Below, piece by piece: positions 56,183-64,000 of a stretch of DNA of 64,000 nucleotides. Numbering within the stretch: position 1 is the first letter of the stretch; each line of letters opens with the position of its first letter. This DNA is from Eledone cirrhosa (taxonomy: Eukaryota). Where the stretch lies: NCBI GenBank assembly GCA_964016885.1, contig OZ024744.1, positions 85,064,001 through 85,128,000 on the forward strand, read 5' to 3'. The notes under the pieces are model-generated. The model saw only the letters and a list, made by a program, of their open reading frames with translations. It searched no databases and was not told the origin of the DNA. The translations under genes were made by a program, and so were the position numbers.

Positions 56183-56444
56183 GTGTGTGTGTGTGTGTGT
56201 ATTAGGGTGTTCTGAGGTGACTTAATAAACGGGTTTCCACCCACCCGTATGTAGGAGGGTAACTGTAAATAATTTACATGTTTTATATTATATCTAATGT
56301 TAATTAACGAATGATTCATATATTCATTTTGGATTAATCCGAAGGTCATTAGCAATCAAAATCTTGTGTCAATCGTTTTTCTTGACTTTGTTTTGAATAA
56401 AAAACCTATCTTCCGATCTCCGTTACTGGACTTTTATTTTTCGA

Positions 56445-56657
56445 TCTATATATTACTAAAAGTATGTGATTCCTTGCTTGCTTGCTTGTCTGTAATGTAA
56501 TACAGCCAAAAGGGCGCATAATGGGGAAATACTTTGAAAGGAAGTTGACCCTGAAATGGGAATACAAATGGAATAAAACACGTTTCGCGTAAATCGAAGC
56601 ACGGATTCCCGAGATATGGGGTTTTTGCGGGCACCTTTATAAACAGAGAGAGAGAGA

Positions 56658-56725
<68 letters not shown>

Positions 56726-56806
56726 TATAGAGAGAAAGAGATAGTGGTTGTGAGAAAGTAGATTGAAAGAAAGACATAGAGAGAGGGAGAAAAGACAGAG
56801 AAGGAG

Positions 56807-56867
<61 letters not shown>

Positions 56868-57189
56868 GAGCTGGTGGTGGTCTTGTGTATATATATATAT
56901 ATATGGAGTGTATGTGTGTGTGTGTATATATATGTGTGTGTGTGTATGTGTGTGTGTCTATGACCAGCGTATATAGATCACAGACACCCACAAACACACA
57001 CACACATATATATATGTACACACACACACATTTATATATATATACATACACACACGTATATATGTGTTGTGTTTCATTTCACATTATATACATGTCTGAG
57101 TATATTTTAATTATTTAAAAATTATTTTTAAGTGAACATGATTTTTAAAAAAATATTTTACAGTCAACGTGATACAACGTGTGATCTAG
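56445..57189 (+). mobile_element. Probable non-autonomous Helitron filled with microsatellites
   Basis: A|TCTATATATTACTAAAAG 5' end; weak hairpin then CTAG|T at 57186-57190. Confidence 0.55.
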
Positions 57190-57482
57190 TGTTAACTAAA
57201 GTTCAAGCTGAATTTTATTTTTACTGTTATACTTTTAAAATATTTGATTCCAACTTTTAAAAAATATAGTTATTTATTTTTTTCTTTCGAAAACTTTGAC
57301 TGATGAAGAATGCAATTCCAAAAGTCAATAAATGGACATGTAGGAAAGATTTTGCCAATTCGAAAGCTTCATACACGTGGTAGAATTACGAAAAATGTCC
57401 AGAGAGAATTTTTCCTGAAATCTTCTTTTCAACGATTGTCCGACTTACCAAGTTAAACAAAAAACAAAAGAACAACAACAAA

Positions 57483-57544
<62 letters not shown>

Positions 57545-57677
57545 GTACATATATACATACACACACACAGACACACACACATATATATATATACACATAT
57601 ACATATAAATATATATATATTTGCATATATATATATATATGTGTGTGTGTATGTGTATATATGTATATATGTATATA

Positions 57678-57716
<39 letters not shown>

Positions 57717-57808
57717 ATTTATATGTATATATGTATATATATGTGTGTGTATGTGTGTGTATGTATATATGTATATATGTATGTATATATATATACATAC
57801 ATATATAT

Positions 57809-57839
<31 letters not shown>

Positions 57840-57960
57840 CACATACATATATATATACATACATATATACATATATATATATATACATACATATATACAT
57901 ATATACATATATATACACACACACACACATATATATATACACATATATATATAAATATAT

Positions 57961-58065
<105 letters not shown>

Positions 58066-59399
58066 CATATATATATATATGAAGATTTAGAACATCTCAG
58101 CATATCTGAAGAGACGCGCTTGGAGAGATTGCTGTTGACACAGCAGAATGACAAATGAGATGATGGATGTATGTCTGATATTTTTATTATAAAAGTGGAC
58201 AGCTTAAATAAAATAGAATAGAATAGAATAAGAAAGATATCAGTTGAAGATGTATGTATGTAAAAAACTTTAAAAAAATCTAACTTGAAGAATAACCCAC
58301 CCTTCCTACACGATTCTAAGTTTCATTATGAAAAGATATAACAAGTTTTAGGATTGACAGAATGGTTAACTCTGTTGAGATATTGTTTTCTAATTTAGAC
58401 ACAAGCCTTCCTTGGGGGAAGGGCTAAGCCGATGAAATCAACTGCAGTTGTTGACTGTTATTTTATTTTATTTTATTTTATTTTATTTTATTTTATTTTA
58501 TTTTATTTTATCGACTCCGGAAGAATAAACACAAACAACAAAGTTGACCTCGGCATGATTTCAACTCAAAACATAAAAAGCCAAAATGTTAAATAAATAC
58601 CACAATGGCATTTTATCCGACGCTCTATCAATTCTGCCAATCCACCAGACGTAAACTCTGACGAAATATTAAACATTTAAAAAAAACACAAAAAAACTAC
58701 CAAGACGCTTGTAAGGAATTTAACAACATGACAGGCAGATCAAGAAATCTGTAATTGCAATAGACTGGCGAATGGACTAGGATTGTCACAAAATCTGACA
58801 TCATTGACTGACAAGCTTAAGATGTATAGGTCAATCACATGCTTATCGACAACGTAAAAAACACAATAACAGCAACGGCAACAACGATCACATTCATGAG
58901 ACAGTAGTTGACCTGCTAGAAATATAAGCCAAATCACCTTCGTACCACATACCTAATTAGATTAAAAGTAGTCATTGATGCATTAAAAAAGAGTAAAGAC
59001 CTCTTTCGGTCACGAGAGTCCATAGGATTTGCACCTAGAAAGCTTCCCCACCCCACCCCGAGGCACAAGTATGGGCATGGTTGTTTGTGGAAGACCAGCA
59101 GTCGCCTATACATACCAGTCTCCCCACTCCACACCACTGATGTTGTCCAAAGGAAAGGTAAATGCCAATACAGCTTGGCATCAGAGACATCGCAACTCAT
59201 TTCTTACAGCTGAGTAAACTGGAGCAACGTGAAATAAAATGCCTTGCTCGAGAATACACCGCAACAACCTGTCCGGGTCACAAACTTATGATTGAATGCC
59301 CAATGCTGTAACTACTAAGGCATGATTATAATAAAGATAGAATGCTCACCTTTCGAACATCTATTCTCATATGGATGCTCGGACAAGATTCGATCAGGC

Positions 59400-60400
59400 A
59401 GCACGTTGTGACCTTGAAGAAGTCACTTTATTTTACTTACTTCAGTGCAATTAACTGAAGAAAAAACACGAAAAAATGTGCCCAGCTGCATCAACGTTTG
59501 TCTTTCGCTGTAATAACATCGGGCGCGTGGATAACATTGCATGCGTGAACAACTGCAGGTTTTCTACAAAATATTTTACCCAGGATGGACTTTTAGAGAA
59601 CTTTCAAGACACAAATTTATACTACTATGTGGCAAAAATAATCTGTCTCCCTGATAAAACACAACTACGTGGTCTTTGTGCTTATGTAAGTAATCCATAT
59701 TTTGAAGTCTTCTAAGACTTCTATATAGAGTTTCTTTGTGACTGTAACAGTGACACCATTTTCTTCGAAGAAAAATTGGTCAATCAACACTCTCTCAGAA
59801 ATGGCAGTCCAGATGTTACATTTAGCCGTGTGGAGAGCTTTTAAAGCTACTTCAGTGGGTTTCTCTGACCCACCAGAGCCCATTCTTCCTAGAGTTGATC
59901 TTCCCTTCTAAGTGAAAGTAGGCTTCATCAGCGGTCCACAGCAGATTCAGAAAATTTGAGTTGTTTTCCATCTCCTTCAGCATTTTCTCAGCAATAGCCT
60001 TTCTCTTGGTCTTATCAGCTATCGTAAGCTTTTGTTAGTTTGTATACTGTATGGGTACTTCTTAAGATCGTCTTCTGCAAGTTTCTCTGAAGAGATCCAA
60101 GCACTGGCTCCTCCTGCGCAGCGATCGTTTTGGGCTTTGTTCAACAGACTCTCAGACTATGCCAATAACGTCTTGTGTACGTCCATTATGAGTAGGACGG
60201 TCGTCACAGATAATGTATTGACGTTCTCCACTGTCCCATAGATCAGAAACGTCTTTACCCAGTTTTGTATATGGGCTTTGAAGAGAGATTTGTCTGTTTT
60301 GAAAAATGCATGAAATTAATCCTAGGCCTGTTTGTTCGAGCCACAGCAGAAATCCGGTGTTGGAGCTCCCATTCGGGTCTTGTTGTCTTCTTCTACGTTA
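59400..60400 (-). mobile_element. Decayed Tc1/mariner-superfamily transposase
   Basis: HIQNWVKTFLIYGTVEN; YPYSIQ..; FLNLLWTADEAYFHLEGKIN; LHTAKCNIWTAISERVLIDQFFFEENGVTVTVTKKLYIEVLEDF. Confidence 0.8.
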
Positions 60401-61134
60401 TATCAACCTTATATTGAAATCTAAGATTGATTGCTTAGAAAATTAATATACAGCAAAACAATTTCATTCCATGATTGTTGTATATGTTTTGTCGAACAGA
60501 CTGACAAAAACGAAAATAAGTGAAGGCATCTGTTTGTCTAAAATCGAATTATTTATTTAATCAAATATTGAATATGAAACAACGTCTAAGTTCTCGGAAA
60601 ATTCGTGGAAATAACAAAGTTAACAATAAGAGGATCACGAGAAATCGATGAAGCAAAATTTGTGAATTACAGAACGATTGTGTGTAGATGTTTTGTATGA
60701 GAGAGGGACATATAGGGTAATGATGTGAGCGAAGAATTTAGAGAGAGTAAAACATAGCGACAGACTGCGGTAGTCAACTGACCTAGGAATCTAGCAGTAG
60801 CCGAATTGGCTGCAGTCAACTGTATCAAAATCTGGGGACCGTTTTTTTGGTATCTGGGTGTTTGCATAAAAAAAAAAAATTCACAGGAAACACTTTACCT
60901 GGGATAAGAAACGGAATAGATGTGTGCGGTGCCATTTTAAAATATGAGTTTCCGCCGCCTGATGAAAATTGTATAATGTGAAATTCCGAACATCGATATT
61001 AAATCCTCTAGACGTTTACACTAAATAGTTATACGCTACAATATATTTAGAGTACTTTTTTTTTCTCTTATTCGTACCTGTATACATACAAGCAGACATA
61101 CATACATAAATACATACATGCATATATACATACA

Positions 61135-61189
<55 letters not shown>

Positions 61190-61200
61190 ATATATATATA

Positions 61201-61253
<53 letters not shown>

Positions 61254-61276
61254 GCATATATATATATATATACATA

Positions 61277-61327
<51 letters not shown>

Positions 61328-61348
61328 GCACACATACGTATGTATATA

Positions 61349-61408
<60 letters not shown>

Positions 61409-61429
61409 TATATACATACGTATGTGTGC

Positions 61430-61474
<45 letters not shown>

Positions 61475-61554
61475 ACCATGTTTGTGTGTGTGTGTGTCTT
61501 TGCATGTGTATAGTGTGATCCGACTTGTGTTGCAGGTGTTTATGTGTGTGTGCG

Positions 61555-61655
<101 letters not shown>

Positions 61656-62087
61656 GTGTGTGTATTTGTGTATGTGAAAGACTCTATGTGTGATATGTAT
61701 TCATCGCAATAGCTACATATTACTCATTTCAAAATAATACTTATTTGAAAGTAAAATAAAATAAAAAAATGGCATTTTTTTTCTTCTTTTTAGTATATAA
61801 AAACTGGTATTTGTATGGTTGTAGGAGACAAGTTAAAAAGAATCTGTACATCACGTGACTTCTGACGGCTCTTCCCGTGAAATAGACTAATAATGGCGAC
61901 CTTTACCCACTTCCGCCATACTTCCAAAATCTGGGCATAACATTTTCTTTCCATAATATATCTATTATTCCCATTCAAAGGATGTCTTTTGTTATGCCTC
62001 AGAAAACCGATCAATGCGGTAAAAACTGACCAGTCCGCTATTTTGGACAATCCCAAAATAAGCTTCTCTCGCTTTTGATCAAAACAG

Positions 62088-62242
62088 TCTTCTTCTTCTT
62101 CTTCTTCTTCTTCTTCTTCTTCTTCTTCTTCTTCTTCTTCTTCTTCTTCTTCTTCTTCTTCTTCTTCTTCTTCTTCTGCTTCTTCTTCTTCTTCTTCTTT
62201 CATCACCACATTTGTCGTCTCATACAACGTTATGTTTCCTAT

Positions 62243-62307
<65 letters not shown>

Positions 62308-62389
62308 GATGCTGCTGCTACTGCCGCTGCTGCTACTATTGCTGCTGCAGCTACTGCTACTACTGCTGCTACTTCTGCTGCTGCTGCTG

Positions 62390-62472
<83 letters not shown>

Positions 62473-62479
62473 GCTGCTG

Positions 62480-62551
<72 letters not shown>

Positions 62552-62832
62552 CTGCTGCTGCTGCTACTACTACTACTGCCCTTCATTCTTGTCTATTACA
62601 CATTTGATTCTTGTTTTTCCTCTATTTAGTTTTGTGTGACCTCTTGTCACTTTTATTGATATTCTTCTTCTTCTTTTACTACTACTACTACTACTACTTT
62701 TTTATTTTCCCTCTTTTCTCTCTTTTCCTTCTTTTTATCCCCCTCCCCTCCTCCTCCTTCTTCTTCTTCTTCTTCTTCTTCTTCTTCTTCTTCTTCTTCT
62801 TCTTCTTCTTCTTCTTCTTCTTCTTCTTCTTC
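62088..62832. repeat. (TTC)n and (CTA/CTG)n microsatellites
   Basis: Direct reading. Confidence 0.95.
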
Positions 62833-63489
62833 TCCTTACTATTTTACTCGTTGCCACTATATTTACTTATTTAGTTAGTTAATTAGTTATTTATCTAATC
62901 GTTTATGTATCTATTTTTTAAATTATTTATGCGATTAATTTTTTACCTATTCTCAAATTATCATTCACTAAACGTTACAATTTTTGATTGAAACGAGATC
63001 AGCGTGTGGTGACTATTTAAGTATCTATCACAATTGTTTGTATCTTTCTAACATATTTATCAGTGACGCTATGAATGTTTATGATCATCAGAAATAATAC
63101 ATCGTGTCTGATGATTTTGCTAACAGTACTTTTGTCTTGTTTTACTATTATTTGAATTTACCTTGCCTTTGCGATAACATAACCAAATAAATATCTGCCG
63201 AAATATATAGTATATAATAACTAGTTGTTGTTGTTGTTGTTGTTGTTGTTGTTGCTGTTGTTGTTTTTTCAGAGGGGGGGGGGGGGGTAATTTAATCTTT
63301 TTTTTTTACAAGATGGCGACGATTTTTTACTATGCATCTTCGAAGTATGACGTCTTACACGTATTTGTTGGTATTCCCTCTTTTTTTTTTTTAAACGTAC
63401 ACATACGTAAAAAAGAAAAATGAACTATATACACAGAGAGAAATATTAAGAAACGAAAATACAATGAATTGTCAATGTCAATAAACGAA

Positions 63490-63524
<35 letters not shown>

Positions 63525-64000
63525 AAACATCAAATGATGTAAAAGAAATAGTGGGAGCCATCTTAATAAAATCACCGATATAATCCTTCTGTGCTAAATA
63601 GAAAAACCGCTGGTTTTTAAAATATGACAGCTTCAAAGTTCTGTTCTGCACCACAACAATCTCACGCAAACTCTTTGGTATCAAGCTGAAACATTGACAT
63701 TCTAAAACACTTGGCAGCATTACCATTGGTCAGTATATAATTGAAGTAAAAATACCATGGAGAGATTTCTTGTAAATTTCAACAATAAATCTTGAATGTG
63801 AGTGAAATACACTGGAAGCACGAAATAAAATATTGAACAGATTAAATACGGGTTTAACAAAAGAAACAATCCATACAAGCTAAAGAGAGAACATTTGATG
63901 AAAAGTTATTAAAATGATTAAAATGTTATTATAGACGTGTTTCAATATTACATACATACATGCATGGATGTATACATACGTGCATGAATACTGACAGACA

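Noticed and set aside
57296-57328. CTGATGA-AGAATGCAATTC-CAAAA
   Set aside because: GAAA and the cleavage triplet are missing.
58103-58165. CTGAAGA core candidate
   Set aside because: No helix II/GAAA partner.
60955-60997. CTGATGA-AAATTGTATAATGT-GAAAT
   Set aside because: No helix I or III pairing; may be chance.
63478-63726. 82-aa minus-strand ORF as a host exon
   Set aside because: No recognisable domain or clear splice sites; runs into an (ATTT)n repeat.

Overview
AT-rich, microsatellite-saturated animal DNA made almost entirely of repeats, with a 200-N gap at 42012-42211. The SINE families and the TA/CA microsatellite load suggest an octopus-like cephalopod (inference). No intact host gene is recognisable; almost all short ORFs are microsatellite translations. 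Mobile elements: a near-intact 5'-truncated Penelope-like element (RT + GIY-YIG, one premature stop, 53-bp inverted ends, 3168-5329); a full-length decayed Tx1/L1-clade LINE (14141-19650, minus); fragments of RTE, CRE, R4/Dong, other Penelope, Helitron and Tc1/mariner elements; hAT and Tigger-type MITEs; about 30 tRNA-derived SINEs. Tandem arrays have 8-, 45-, 90- and ~180-bp units. The main hidden layer is about 17 type-I hammerhead-ribozyme motifs read by eye on both strands, some with the compensatory U3:A8 core and some with very long helix II insertions. They lie mostly in short non-coding fold-back elements inserted in (TA)n tracts. One (35362-36093) has a circularly permuted 334-nt monomer, as expected for a retrozyme with a circular or multimeric RNA intermediate. 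All calls were made by eye without database searches; boundaries of decayed elements are approximate.
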